From assembly GCA_963770805.1 (NCBI GenBank), contig CAVYQU010000011.1, forward strand, positions 574,221 to 638,220: a stretch of DNA of 64,000 nt. The letters run 5' to 3'. The notes under the pieces were generated by a model. The model was not told the DNA's origin. It searched no databases and saw only the letters and a list, made by a program, of their open reading frames with translations. The position numbers and the translations under genes were made by a program. The DNA is from an uncultured Solirubrobacterales bacterium. Its GTDB lineage: Bacteria > Actinomycetota > Thermoleophilia > Solirubrobacterales > Solirubrobacteraceae. This document shows, one piece after another, positions 10,292 through 20,324 of the stretch; the first letter of the stretch is position 1, and the number at the start of each line of letters is the position of its first letter.

Positions 10292-10863
10292 TTGCGTTCG
10301 TCGGGCGGGCGCGGCTCCGGCCGCGGTGGCGCCCCGAACGCCCCCGACGGACGAGGTGGCGGCTCGGCGGGGCGTGGTGACCCGTCCGAGGGTTGTGGCG
10401 GCGCATCGGACGCCGGGTCGGGCGCCCCGGACCGTGTCCGCCGCGTACCGCCCCCGCCCGGCAGCCGGTCCACCAGCCGGCCGAAGCGGTCGATCGCGCC
10501 CTCCAGCGGCGTCGCCATCTCGAGCGCCCGCTCGAACGTCGGCATCACCGCGATCAGCTCCGCGCCGGTCTCGATCACCTCGCCCGCCCGGTCGACGATC
10601 TCGCCACCGCGATAATCGATCCGCCCGCCGAGGTCGCGCATCTCGAGACCGAGCTCGACCAGCTCCGCCGCGCGACGATCCAGCCGCTCGCCGAGGGTCA
10701 TGAACGCCTGCGCCCGCATATCGAGCCGCTCGGCGATCTCGAGCACCTGTCGTCCGATCGCCGCGATCTCCTCGCCGAGCTCGAGGATCCGATCGAGCTG
10801 TGCCGGCGCCGAGCGGGCTACCCGCGCCACCGCGCCGAGGTCGGTGACGATCCGGTTCACCAC
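10288..10863 (-). CDS. Hypothetical coiled-coil protein
   Basis: Heptad-like helical segments, Pro-rich tail, GC3-biased codons. Confidence 0.6.
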   Translation of the reverse strand: MVNRIVTDLGAVARVARSAPAQLDRILELGEEIAAIGRQVLEIAERLDMRAQAFMTLGERLDRRAAELVELGLEMRDLGGRIDYRGGEIVDRAGEVIETGAELIAVMPTFERALEMATPLEGAIDRFGRLVDRLPGGGGTRRTRSGAPDPASDAPPQPSDGSPRPAEPPPRPSGAFGAPPRPEPRPPDERN

Positions 10864-10925
10864 GACGTGGGGGGCTTCGATGGGGAGGCCGAGGAGGCGC
10901 AGTGCCAGAGCACACTAGCTCAGCT

Positions 10926-11290
10926 CTACTCGTTGCGTCCGCGGCCATTCCGACCCGCGAAGTTGTCGGTCTGGCTGTGGCAGTTCCGGCACAGGAGCTG
11001 AAGGTTCTCCAGACGATTGTCGTGCCGGTCACCGTTGATGTGGTGCAGGGCGACGGTCAGTGGCCGGCCGCGCCACTCAGCGAGCCCGCACCGCTCGCAA
11101 CGGCTCTCCTTGAGCCGCGGACTGACCTCCTCGGTTGGTAGCGGACCCGGCTCGGCCGGAGCGACGGCGAGGCGGGCGACGTGGTAGCTGACGGTCGTCA
11201 CTGCGAGGTCCAACCGGCGGGCAATCTCAGGTTGCCGATACCTGCCTCATGCAGCCTACGGATGGCTTCACGCGTTGATGACACGAACAT
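10926..11290 (-). pseudogene. HTH + HNH endonuclease, frameshifted and probably internally shortened
   Basis: MFVSSTREAIRRLHEAG, then a frameshift to YRQPEIARRLDLAVTTVSYH (HTH), then CERCG..LHHINGDRHDNRLENLQLLCRNCH (HNH with zinc fingers). Confidence 0.75.
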
Positions 11291-11297
11291 ATGTTCG
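11284..11297. promoter_or_regulatory. LexA/SOS-box-like palindrome CGAACATATGTTCG
   Basis: Perfect match to the Gram-positive/actinobacterial CGAAC-N4-GTTCG consensus; overlaps the start of the HNH relic. Confidence 0.7.
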
Positions 11298-11359
11298 CAT
11301 TCGGTGCGGACGGAACTGACCTATACTCAGGCACCGATCAGAGGTCTACCTCGAGTCTC

Positions 11360-11430
11360 TGGGGAATGGTGTAATGGCAGCACGCGACGCTCTGGACGTC
11401 GAAGTTGGGGTTCGAGTCCCTGTTCCCCAG
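11360..11430 (+). tRNA. tRNA-Gln(CTG)
   Basis: Acceptor TGGGGAA/TTCCCCA, anticodon arm CGACG-CTCTGGA-CGTCG, T-loop TTCGAGT; CCA not encoded. Confidence 0.95.
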
Positions 11431-11468
11431 TTGCACGTCGACTCGGCCTGAGCCGCCCTCGCCCGGCC

Positions 11469-12266
11469 TCAGCTCGGGTCGACGAACTCGGCCGGCTGCT
11501 TCGTGACCCCGGCGGTCACAGCGGCAATCTGGTTGGGCGAGCCGATCAGCCCGAGCTGCAGCTTTGCCTCAAGCGCCAGCGTCTCCTGGGCATCGCCCGT
11601 CCACGCCTCGTCGAACAGCCGCTTGGCGCCTCGCACCGCGTCGGGCGACTTGCCGGCGATCTCGGCGGCAAGCGCTCGCGCCGCGGCAAGTGGGTCGGCC
11701 TCGACCCGGGTGACGACGTCGAGCTCGTCGGCCTCGACGCCGCTCAGCACGCGGCCGGTGTAGGTCAGCTCCTTGGCCACATCGATACCGACGAGCCGGG
11801 GGAGGGTCCGAGTGATCGACATGTCCGGGATCAGTCCCCACTTGATCTCCATCACCGAGAGGCGCGCGTCGGCGGTGGCCAGCCGGATGTCGGCGGCGAG
11901 TGCGATCTGTAGCCCGCCGCCAAGGCAGTTGCCGTGGATCGCCGCGATCACCGGCACCGGCACGCGGACCCAGTCGTAGGCGGCGCGCTGGAACCAGTTG
12001 GGCACCTCGCCGCGGAGCGGGTCGGTGAGGCCGTTGGTCCCCTGCTCGGAGCCCAACACGCCCATGACGTCGAGACCGGAGCAGAAGCTCGGACCGGCGC
12101 CATGAAGCACGACGGCACGGACGCCAGGCTCGCCCATCAGCCGCTCGGCCGCCTCGATGATGCCCTCGAACATCGGCACGTCGAGGGCGTTGTGCTTCTC
12201 GGGCCGGGTGAGGGTGACCACGGCGACGTGGTCGTCGACCTCGATCTGGACGCGCTGCTCGCTCAC
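11469..12266 (-). CDS. Crotonase/enoyl-CoA hydratase family protein
   Basis: LTRPEKHNALD, SFCSGLD, GNCLGGGLQIALAADIR, MEIKWGLIPD; GTG at 12266. Confidence 0.92.
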   Translation of the reverse strand: MSEQRVQIEVDDHVAVVTLTRPEKHNALDVPMFEGIIEAAERLMGEPGVRAVVLHGAGPSFCSGLDVMGVLGSEQGTNGLTDPLRGEVPNWFQRAAYDWVRVPVPVIAAIHGNCLGGGLQIALAADIRLATADARLSVMEIKWGLIPDMSITRTLPRLVGIDVAKELTYTGRVLSGVEADELDVVTRVEADPLAAARALAAEIAGKSPDAVRGAKRLFDEAWTGDAQETLALEAKLQLGLIGSPNQIAAVTAGVTKQPAEFVDPS

Positions 12267-12279
12267 GTGGAGCGGAAGC

Positions 12280-13065
12280 CTAGCCGCCGCCCGGCGCCTG
12301 CGCGGGCTCGACCCGGTCGCCGACGCGGACGCGGCCTTCCCGAACCACCTCGCCGTGGACGCCGAACGGAAGCGGCTCGGTCGTGCCGAGGTTGCGCCGG
12401 TAAGCACCGAGGATGTCGAGCGTCGGCAGGTCGATCTCGCCGGTGTCCGGGTCGCGGCTCGTGATCAGGCACCGTCCGACGTGGCCGTGGAAGCGCAACG
12501 AGGCCTCGCCGACGCTCACGGTCCGCCCGACCCAACCGTCCTCCTCATGCGGGCCGATGCCGTCGACCTCGATCGTCATCCGGAAACGCCGCGGGTCGAC
12601 GTCGTCCTCCCCTGCCTCCTGGGCGAGGCGCGACAGCGACGCACGGGAGATCAGCGTGGCGGCGCCGTGCTCCCCGCGGTCGATCGCGCCGGGCGACTCG
12701 AGCAGTCGCAGCGGCTGGCCCACGAAGTCGCTCAGGGCCCGCGCGAACGGTCCATCGACCAGACGACCCTCGCGCGTGGCGGAGGAGAACCGCGCGGTGA
12801 GCGGCTTACCGAGCTCGGCCTCGGCATCGACGACGGTTCCGTCGGGGAAGCTCAGGGCCAGCCGCCGTGAGTCGGGCGAGAACTCGGCCCTCACGGTGTT
12901 GAGCTCGCCGAGCAGCTTGCTGTTGAGCGTGCGGTTGCGCTCGTCGATGATGATGAAGCGACGGTCGCCCTCCGCGCCGGCGCGACGAAGGTCGAGCTCC
13001 TCCACCTCGTGCAGGTGCGTTCCCTTTACGGGCGTCGTCGTCAAACGTGTGACGGTGATCGACAT
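12280..13065 (-). CDS. MOSC domain-containing protein
   Basis: TTPVKG, GDRRF, RRFRMTI, RCLITSRDPDTG, FGV.GEVVREG.VRVGD. Confidence 0.88.
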   Translation of the reverse strand: MSITVTRLTTTPVKGTHLHEVEELDLRRAGAEGDRRFIIIDERNRTLNSKLLGELNTVRAEFSPDSRRLALSFPDGTVVDAEAELGKPLTARFSSATREGRLVDGPFARALSDFVGQPLRLLESPGAIDRGEHGAATLISRASLSRLAQEAGEDDVDPRRFRMTIEVDGIGPHEEDGWVGRTVSVGEASLRFHGHVGRCLITSRDPDTGEIDLPTLDILGAYRRNLGTTEPLPFGVHGEVVREGRVRVGDRVEPAQAPGGG

Positions 13066-14868
13066 CTAGGCGGCGGCCTGCTCGGCCCAGTCGCGATACA
13101 GCTGCCAGTAGCGGCCGTGCTCCTCGAGCAGCTCATCGTGCGTGCCCTGCTCGATCACCCGTCCGTGCTCGAGCACGATGATTCGCCCGGCGTGGCGGAT
13201 CGTTGACAGCCGGTGGGCGATAACGATCGCGGTGCGGCCCGCGACGAGCCGGCGCAGGCCCTCCTCGATCAGGGTCTCGGTGTGCACGTCGACGTTCGAG
13301 GTCGCCTCGTCGAGGACGAGGATCCGCGGGTCCGCGACGAGCGCTCGGGCGAAGGCCAACAGCTGTCGCTGGCCAGCCGAGAGCTGCACCCCGCGCTCAC
13401 CGACCTGGGTGTCGTAGCCGTGCTCGAGCGCCTCGATGAAAGCGGCGGCGCCGACCGCGCGGGACGCGGCGGCGATTTCCTCGTCGCTGGCGTCGGGCCG
13501 GCCGAAGGCGATGTTCTCGCGCACCGTCCCGCTGAACAGGAAGCCCTCCTGGGGCACGATCCCCATCTGCGAGCGCAGCGACCTGGCTGCCACGTGCCGA
13601 AGGTCGTGACCGTCTACGAGCACACTGCCATCGGTGGGGTCGTAGAACCGGGCCACGAGCTTGGCGAACGTCGACTTGCCGGCTCCTGTCGAGCCGACAA
13701 GGGCCACCGTCTGCCCCGGCGGGATCACCAGGTCAAGGTCGCGCAGCGCCCAGGCGTCGTCCTCCTCGTTGCCGTAGCGGAAGGAGACCTCGTCAAAGCG
13801 CAGCTCGCCCCGGATCTGCGACAGCTCGACGGCGTCGGGCGCGTCCACGAGGTCGGGCTTCTCGTCCAGCAGCTCAAAGATCTTGTCGAGCGCCGCCATG
13901 CCCGACTGGTAGGTGGTGTAAAGCTGCGAGAGCTGCTGGATCGGGTCGAAGAAGTTGTTGAGCGCGGCGATGAACGCGAACACGATGCCCGTCGACGTGT
14001 GACCGTTGATTGCCTCGATGCCACCCACGACAAGGATCTCGACCGTGACGAGGGCGGACAGCAACTCCACGGCGGGGAAGTAGGCCGCGTTCAGGCGCAC
14101 CGTCTTCATGTTCGCCTCGCGGTTGTCCTCGTTGAGCTCGTGGAAGCGCGCCAGATGGCGTGGCTCCTGACCGAACGCCCGGACGACCCGAATCCCGGAC
14201 AGCGTCTCCTGCAGGTAGCCGGTGATCGACGCGATCTTCTCGCGGGTCAGGCGATAGGCGTCCGCCGAGGCGATCCGGAAGAGCACGCCGCCGATTGCCA
14301 GCAGTGGCAGGGCGAGGAAGGTGAGCAGCGCGAGGTGGGGGTCCATCACGAACAGGATCACGACCACGCCGATAAGGGTCAGCCCGGACTGGAACAGCGT
14401 CGCCATCCCGTCCTCGACGAGCTGGTCGAGCGCCTCGACGTCGTTGGTGAGCCGCGAGATGATCACGCCCGCGCGGTTGCGGGAGTAGAAGCTGATCGAC
14501 AGCGACTGCAGGTGTGCGAACAGTCGCGCGCGCAGGTCCTGCAGCGCCCGTTGGCCGACCCAGCCGACGAGGTATGTCTGCGCCCAGGAGGCAACTGCGT
14601 ACAGCACCGCCGAGGCCAGGAACGCGGCGACGACGAGGTTCAGGGTCTGGACGTCGTGACGCTTGATGCCCTGGTCGATGGCCAGCGCCGCGAGCGGAGC
14701 CGGGGCGAGCGCCGCCGCGGTGGCCAGCACGAGTGAGATGAACATCGCCAGTACGCGCCAGCGGTAGGGGGCGAGCAGCTCGGCGAGACCGCGGAGCTTG
14801 CGGCCGCGCCCGCTGGTCTCGGCCAGGCGGCGGCGGATGTCGCTTGAGCGGGCGCTGATCGCGCTCAT
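13066..14868 (-). CDS. ABC transporter permease/ATP-binding half transporter
   Basis: TM domain plus GSTGAGKST, LSAGQRQ, LDEATS. Confidence 0.93.
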   Translation of the reverse strand: MSAISARSSDIRRRLAETSGRGRKLRGLAELLAPYRWRVLAMFISLVLATAAALAPAPLAALAIDQGIKRHDVQTLNLVVAAFLASAVLYAVASWAQTYLVGWVGQRALQDLRARLFAHLQSLSISFYSRNRAGVIISRLTNDVEALDQLVEDGMATLFQSGLTLIGVVVILFVMDPHLALLTFLALPLLAIGGVLFRIASADAYRLTREKIASITGYLQETLSGIRVVRAFGQEPRHLARFHELNEDNREANMKTVRLNAAYFPAVELLSALVTVEILVVGGIEAINGHTSTGIVFAFIAALNNFFDPIQQLSQLYTTYQSGMAALDKIFELLDEKPDLVDAPDAVELSQIRGELRFDEVSFRYGNEEDDAWALRDLDLVIPPGQTVALVGSTGAGKSTFAKLVARFYDPTDGSVLVDGHDLRHVAARSLRSQMGIVPQEGFLFSGTVRENIAFGRPDASDEEIAAASRAVGAAAFIEALEHGYDTQVGERGVQLSAGQRQLLAFARALVADPRILVLDEATSNVDVHTETLIEEGLRRLVAGRTAIVIAHRLSTIRHAGRIIVLEHGRVIEQGTHDELLEEHGRYWQLYRDWAEQAAA

Positions 14869-16634
14869 AGTCCCGCCACCTCCCGCTCGAGCGGTGCCTC
14901 GGTCAAGAACACCTGATCGGGCATGCCCTTCTCGACGATCTCGCGATACAGGTCCGATTCGCTCAGCAGCTGCTCATGCGTGCCCTGCGCCGCGACGCGG
15001 CCGTCCTCGAGCACGAGGATCTCGTCGGCCAGCGCGATCGTCGAGAGGCGGTGGGCGATGATGATCGTGGTGCGCCCGGCCATCACTTCGCGCAGGGCCA
15101 GCTTGATCTCCTGCTCCGTGGACGCGTCGACCGAGGAGGTCGCGTCGTCGAGGATGAGAATCCGCGGGTCGGCCAGGATCGCCCGGGCGATCGCGATCCG
15201 CTGCCGCTGGCCGCCGGAGACGGTGAGCCCGCGCTCCCCGATCCGCGTGTCGTAGCCCTGCGGCAGGTCCTCGATGAAGCTCGCGGCCTGAGCGGCACGC
15301 GCGGCCCGTTCGACCTCGGCGCGGGTGGCGTCCGGCCGCGCATAGGCGATGTTGTCGTGGACGGTGGCAGAGAACAGGAAGGGGTCGTCATTGACGACGG
15401 CGATCGCGTGCCGGAGGCTGACGAGGTCGACCGACCGGACGTCGGCGCCGTCGATCGAGACGCTGCCCGTGTTGACGTCGTAGAGCCTGGGCAGCAGCGA
15501 CACGAGCGCGCTCTTGCCCGATCCCATGGCGCCGACCAGCGCGAGGGTCCGCCCGGCCTCGACCTCGAAATTGATGTCGCTGAGCGCCGGCCGCGGCGAA
15601 CCCTCGAAGGTCAGACCGGCGTCGTGGAGCACGACCCGGCCGGGACCGTCGGGTAGGGCGGGGGCGTCGTGCGGACTGGTGATCCTCGGGGCGCGGTCGA
15701 GCACCTGGAAGATCCGCGCGCCCGATGCGGTGGCCCGCTGAGCGGCGCCCAGCATGTAGCCGAGCGTCCGCATCGGCGAGATCAGCATCAGCAGGTACGC
15801 GTAGAACGCCGTGAACGCGCCGAGCGTGAGCGTGTGATCGATCACCTGGCGGCCGCCGACGAGCAGGATGAGCGCCAGCCCGAGGTTCGGCAGGAACGAG
15901 ATCATCGGCCCGTAGAAGGCCTGGATCCGGGTCGCGACCATCTGCTGGTCGAAGACGCGCTGGATCGAGTGACGGAAGCGATCGAGCTGCCGCTCCTCCT
16001 GGGCGAACGCCTTGACGACGCGGACGCCGCCGATGTTCTCGTCCGCGTCGGCGGTGAGCTCGGCGATCCGCTGCTGCGCCTCCTGCAAGGCCGGCCGTGA
16101 GCGCTTGCCGTAGCGCTGCGCGATCAGCACCACGAACGGGACCGGAGCGAGCGCCAGCGCCGCCAGGCCCGGCTGCAGGGCGAACATGGCGATCCCGGCC
16201 AGCACGATCGTCAGGAGTGACTGGGCGATGAAGATCAGCCCGTAGCCCAGGAAGAAGCGGACGGCCTGCAGATCGACCGTTGCCCGCGACATCAGCTGGC
16301 CGGTCTGCTGGCGGTCGAAGAACGACAGCTCGAGCTCCTGTAGGCGGCCGTAGAGCATGTTGCGCAGGTCGAACTCGACGCCCAGCGAAACCCTGCCGGC
16401 GACCAGGCGGCGAGCTACGCTGAAGACGAGGCGTCCCAGGCCGGCGATCCCGATCGCGATCGCCCACATCACCAGGGTGTGCTGGTGATGGATGCGGATC
16501 GAGTCGATCGCGCGGCCGGTGAGGTAGGGGATGAGAACGGTCATCCCCATCGCGCCGAACGCCAGCCCGAACGAGGCGGCAACCGGCAGGCGATACGGTC
16601 GGAGGAAGCCGAGCAGTCGCCTGAAAGTCGTCAT
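14865..16634 (-). CDS. ABC transporter permease/ATP-binding half transporter (heterodimer partner)
   Basis: TM domain plus GAMGSGKS, VSGGQRQ, degenerate Walker B LDDATS. Confidence 0.93.
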   Translation of the reverse strand: MTTFRRLLGFLRPYRLPVAASFGLAFGAMGMTVLIPYLTGRAIDSIRIHHQHTLVMWAIAIGIAGLGRLVFSVARRLVAGRVSLGVEFDLRNMLYGRLQELELSFFDRQQTGQLMSRATVDLQAVRFFLGYGLIFIAQSLLTIVLAGIAMFALQPGLAALALAPVPFVVLIAQRYGKRSRPALQEAQQRIAELTADADENIGGVRVVKAFAQEERQLDRFRHSIQRVFDQQMVATRIQAFYGPMISFLPNLGLALILLVGGRQVIDHTLTLGAFTAFYAYLLMLISPMRTLGYMLGAAQRATASGARIFQVLDRAPRITSPHDAPALPDGPGRVVLHDAGLTFEGSPRPALSDINFEVEAGRTLALVGAMGSGKSALVSLLPRLYDVNTGSVSIDGADVRSVDLVSLRHAIAVVNDDPFLFSATVHDNIAYARPDATRAEVERAARAAQAASFIEDLPQGYDTRIGERGLTVSGGQRQRIAIARAILADPRILILDDATSSVDASTEQEIKLALREVMAGRTTIIIAHRLSTIALADEILVLEDGRVAAQGTHEQLLSESDLYREIVEKGMPDQVFLTEAPLEREVAGL

Positions 16635-16872
16635 GCTTCATAAAGTATAGTGCCCCCGGCGTTTCGGTGCGTCGCCGGCCCTCGCCTCCCGGCGCCCACC
16701 GCCGGGGGGGGACCCGAGGCCCGCCTCCTCCGGGCCCTTGTTAGCACTCTGCCAACAGATTGCTACGATCCGCCCAGGCCCACGGGCGGCATGCCGCTGG
16801 CCGCACGGGCCACGCTGGCGGCCTCGCCCGGCCTGCGGGCGAGGTGTATCCCCATTTCTGAGGAGCGCGAGC

Positions 16873-18090
16873 ATGAGCAACAGCGAAGCACTGATATTCG
16901 ATGCGATTCGTACGCCCAGGGGCAAGGGCAAGGTCAACGGTTCGCTCCACACGGTCAAGCCCGTCGATCTGGTCGTCGGGCTGATGCACGAGATGCTCGT
17001 GCGCAACGAGTCGCTTGACCCCCAGAAGGTCGACGACGTCGTCCTCGGCTGCGTCTCCCCGGTCGGTGACCAGGGCGCGGACATCGCCAAGACGGCCGCG
17101 ATCAAGGCCGGCCTGCCCGACACCGTCGCCGGCGTCCAGCTCAACCGTTTCTGCGCTTCCGGCCTCGAGGCCGTGAACATCGCCGCCCAGAAGGTCGCCT
17201 CCGGCTGGGAGGACCTTGTCCTTGCCGGCGGTGTCGAGTCCATGTCCCGCGTCCCGATGGGCTCCGACGGCGGCGCCTGGGCGATGGACCCCGAGACCAA
17301 CTACGACACCTCCTTCATCCCGCAGGGCATCAGCGCCGACCTGATCGCCACCGTCGAGGAGTTCAGCCGCGAGGACGTCGACGCCTACGCCGCGCAGTCA
17401 CAGTCACGTGCGGCGGCTGCTCAGGAGCAGGGTCGCTTCAGCAGTTCGGTGATTCCAGTGCTCGACATCAACGAGAACGTCGTCCTCGATCAAGACGAGT
17501 TCATCCGCCCCGGCACGACGGTCGAGACGCTGTCCGGCCTCAAGCCCTCCTTCCAGGTGATGGGCGAGATGGGCGGCTTCGACGCCGTCGCACTCCAGAA
17601 GTACCACTGGGTCGAGAAGATCAACCACGTGCACACGCCCGGCAACTCGAGCGGCATCGTCGACGGTGCCTCGCTGATGCTGATCGGCAACGAGCACACC
17701 GGCAGCGAGCTCGGCCTCGCGGCCCGCGGCCGCGTCCTCGCCACGGCGGTGTCCGGCGCAGATCCCACGATCATGCTCACCGGCCCGGCGCCGGCCAGCC
17801 GCAAGGCACTGGCCAAGGCCGGCCTCACCGTCGATGACCTCGACCTCGTCGAGATCAACGAGGCCTTCGCCGCGGTCGTGCTGCGCTTCGTGAAGGACAT
17901 GGGCCTCTCGATGGACAAGGTCAATGTCAACGGCGGCGCGATCGCCATGGGCCATCCCCTCGGCGCCACCGGAGCGATGATCCTTGGGACGCTGATCGAC
18001 GAACTGCACCGCACTGGTGGCAGGTACGGCCTCGCGACGCTTTGCGTCGGCGGCGGCATGGGCATCGCGACTGTCGTGGAGGCGATCTGA
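16873..18090 (+). CDS. fadA: Acetyl-CoA C-acyltransferase (thiolase, FadA-like)
   Basis: [48 protein letters not shown]. Confidence 0.93.
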   Translation: MSNSEALIFDAIRTPRGKGKVNGSLHTVKPVDLVVGLMHEMLVRNESLDPQKVDDVVLGCVSPVGDQGADIAKTAAIKAGLPDTVAGVQLNRFCASGLEAVNIAAQKVASGWEDLVLAGGVESMSRVPMGSDGGAWAMDPETNYDTSFIPQGISADLIATVEEFSREDVDAYAAQSQSRAAAAQEQGRFSSSVIPVLDINENVVLDQDEFIRPGTTVETLSGLKPSFQVMGEMGGFDAVALQKYHWVEKINHVHTPGNSSGIVDGASLMLIGNEHTGSELGLAARGRVLATAVSGADPTIMLTGPAPASRKALAKAGLTVDDLDLVEINEAFAAVVLRFVKDMGLSMDKVNVNGGAIAMGHPLGATGAMILGTLIDELHRTGGRYGLATLCVGGGMGIATVVEAI

Positions 18091-18092
18091 GC

Positions 18093-20309
18093 ATGGCTGA
18101 CACCCCCAACACGATTCGCTGGGAGGAGGACGAGGACGGCATCGTCGTCCTCACCCTGGACGATCCCAGCCAGTCCGCGAACACCATGAACGCGGCCTAT
18201 AAGGCTTCGATGGCGGCCGCCGTGGATCGCCTCGAGGCCGAGAACGACGAGATCACCGGCGTCGTCATCACCTCGGGCAAGAAGACCTTCTTCGCCGGGG
18301 GTGACCTCAACGATCTGCGGCTGGCCACCAAGGAGCACGCCGCTCAGATCAGCGAGGAGATCCGGGACATCAAGCGCCAGCTGCGCCGGCTCGAGCAGCT
18401 CGGCAAGCCGGTCGCTGCCGCCATCAACGGCGCGGCGCTCGGCGGCGGCCTCGAGATCTGCCTGGCCTGCCATCACCGCGTCGCGCTCGACAGCCCCAAG
18501 GTCCAACTCGGCTTCCCCGAGGTCCAGCTCGGACTGCTCCCCGGGGCCGGCGGCGTCGTGCGTACGGTGCGGATGCTCGGCATCGTCGACGCGCTCATGC
18601 AGTTGCTGCTGCAGGGCCAGCGTCTGCGGCCTGACAAAGCCAAGGAGCTCGGCATCGTCGACGAGGTGGTCGCCACTCCGGAGGAGCTTGTCCCCGCCGC
18701 CAAGGCTTGGATCAAATCCAACCCCGAGGCCGTCCAGCCCTGGGACGTCAAGGGCTACAAGATCCCCGGCGGCGTGCCGTCGAACCCGAAGCTGGCGCAG
18801 AACCTGCCCGCGTTCCCGGCCAACCTGCGCAAGCAGCTGAAGGGCGCCAACTACCCTGCCCCGCACCACATCATGGCCGCGGCGGTCGAGGGGGCCCAGG
18901 TCGACTTCGACAACGCGATCGAGATCGAGGGCCGGTACTTCGTGGACCTGGTCACCGGACAGGTGTCCAAGAACATGATCCAGGCGTTCTTCTTCGACAT
19001 GCAGCGGGTCAGCGGCGATCGTGGCCGGCCCGAGGGCATCGAGCCGTTCCAGCCCAAGAAGATGGTCGTTCTCGGCGCCGGCATGATGGGCGCAGCGATC
19101 GCCTACGTGTGCGCCAAGGCGGGCATCGAGGTCGTGCTCAAGGACGTCTCGTTGGAGGCGGCCCAGCGCGGCAAGACCTACTCGGAGAAGCTGCTCGAGA
19201 AGGCCATCAGCCGTGGCCGCTCCACCCAGGAGAAGGCCGACGCGCTGCTGGCGCTGATCAAGCCGAGCGTCGACCCGGCCGACGCCGCCGGCGCCGAGCT
19301 GGTGATCGAGGCGGTGTTCGAGGACCCGAACGTCAAGGCTCAGGTGTTCGGCGAGATCGAGCCGCACCTGGCGCCCGATGCGCTGCTGGGCTCGAACACC
19401 TCGACGCTGCCGATCACCGGGCTGTCGGAGCACGTGAGCCGCCCGGCGGACTTCATCGGCCTGCACTTCTTCAGCCCGGTGGACAAGATGCCGCTGCTGG
19501 AGATCATCAAGGGCGAGAAGACCTCCGACGAGACGCTGTATCGCGCGCTCGACGTGGCCAAGCTGATCAAGAAGACGCCGATCGTCGTCAATGACAGCCG
19601 CGGCTTCTTCACCAGCCGCGTGATCGGCACGTTCATCAACGAGGGCATCGCCATGCTCGTCGAGGGCGTTCCCGCTCCCACGATCGAACAGGCGTCCTCG
19701 CAGGCGGGGTATCCAGCGCCGGTACTGCAGCTCTCCGACGAGCTGAACCTCAAGCTCATGCGCAAGATCCGCAACGCGGCCAAGGAGGCCGCCGACTCCG
19801 CTTCGAGCGGCTGGGACGGCCACCCGTCCGAGCAGGTGATCGATCGCATGCTCGACGAGTTCGACCGGCCGGGCAAGCTCGAGGGGCGTGGCTTCTACGA
19901 GTACGCAGACGGCAAGCGCGTCGGGCTGTGGACGGGTCTGCGTGACGCCTTCCCGCCCGTCGATGATCCGTCGCAGATCTCGCTGCCGGACCTCGAGGAG
20001 CGGATGCTGTTCGCCGAGGCGATCGAGTCCGTCAAGTGCCTCGACGAGGGCGTGATCGAGTCCTCCGCTGACGCCAACATCGGCTCGATCCTGGGAATCG
20101 GCTTCCCGGGCTGGACCGGTGGCGTACTGCAGTACATCAACGGCTACCAGCACCCCGAGCACGGTGGCGGCCCGTCTGCGTTTGCCGCCCGCGCCCGCGA
20201 GCTGGCCGACCGCTACGGCGAGCGCTTCGACCCGCCCGCGTCGCTGGTCGAGAAGGCCGAGCGCGGCGAGACGTACTCCGACGAGGCGCCTGTCGCCGCC
20301 GTCGCCTGA
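18093..20309 (+). CDS. fadB: Fatty-acid beta-oxidation multifunctional subunit (enoyl-CoA hydratase/3-hydroxyacyl-CoA dehydrogenase)
   Basis: ALGGGLEI, GFPEVQLGLLPGAGG, LGAGMMG, EAVFED, SNTSTL, GLHFFSPV. Confidence 0.93.
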   Translation: MADTPNTIRWEEDEDGIVVLTLDDPSQSANTMNAAYKASMAAAVDRLEAENDEITGVVITSGKKTFFAGGDLNDLRLATKEHAAQISEEIRDIKRQLRRLEQLGKPVAAAINGAALGGGLEICLACHHRVALDSPKVQLGFPEVQLGLLPGAGGVVRTVRMLGIVDALMQLLLQGQRLRPDKAKELGIVDEVVATPEELVPAAKAWIKSNPEAVQPWDVKGYKIPGGVPSNPKLAQNLPAFPANLRKQLKGANYPAPHHIMAAAVEGAQVDFDNAIEIEGRYFVDLVTGQVSKNMIQAFFFDMQRVSGDRGRPEGIEPFQPKKMVVLGAGMMGAAIAYVCAKAGIEVVLKDVSLEAAQRGKTYSEKLLEKAISRGRSTQEKADALLALIKPSVDPADAAGAELVIEAVFEDPNVKAQVFGEIEPHLAPDALLGSNTSTLPITGLSEHVSRPADFIGLHFFSPVDKMPLLEIIKGEKTSDETLYRALDVAKLIKKTPIVVNDSRGFFTSRVIGTFINEGIAMLVEGVPAPTIEQASSQAGYPAPVLQLSDELNLKLMRKIRNAAKEAADSASSGWDGHPSEQVIDRMLDEFDRPGKLEGRGFYEYADGKRVGLWTGLRDAFPPVDDPSQISLPDLEERMLFAEAIESVKCLDEGVIESSADANIGSILGIGFPGWTGGVLQYINGYQHPEHGGGPSAFAARARELADRYGERFDPPASLVEKAERGETYSDEAPVAAVA

Positions 20310-20324
20310 CGCCGCCGCAGAAGG

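Noticed and set aside
11360-11430. tRNA-Gln as an integration site for the downstream island
   Set aside because: No duplicated tRNA 3' end or integrase seen in the window.
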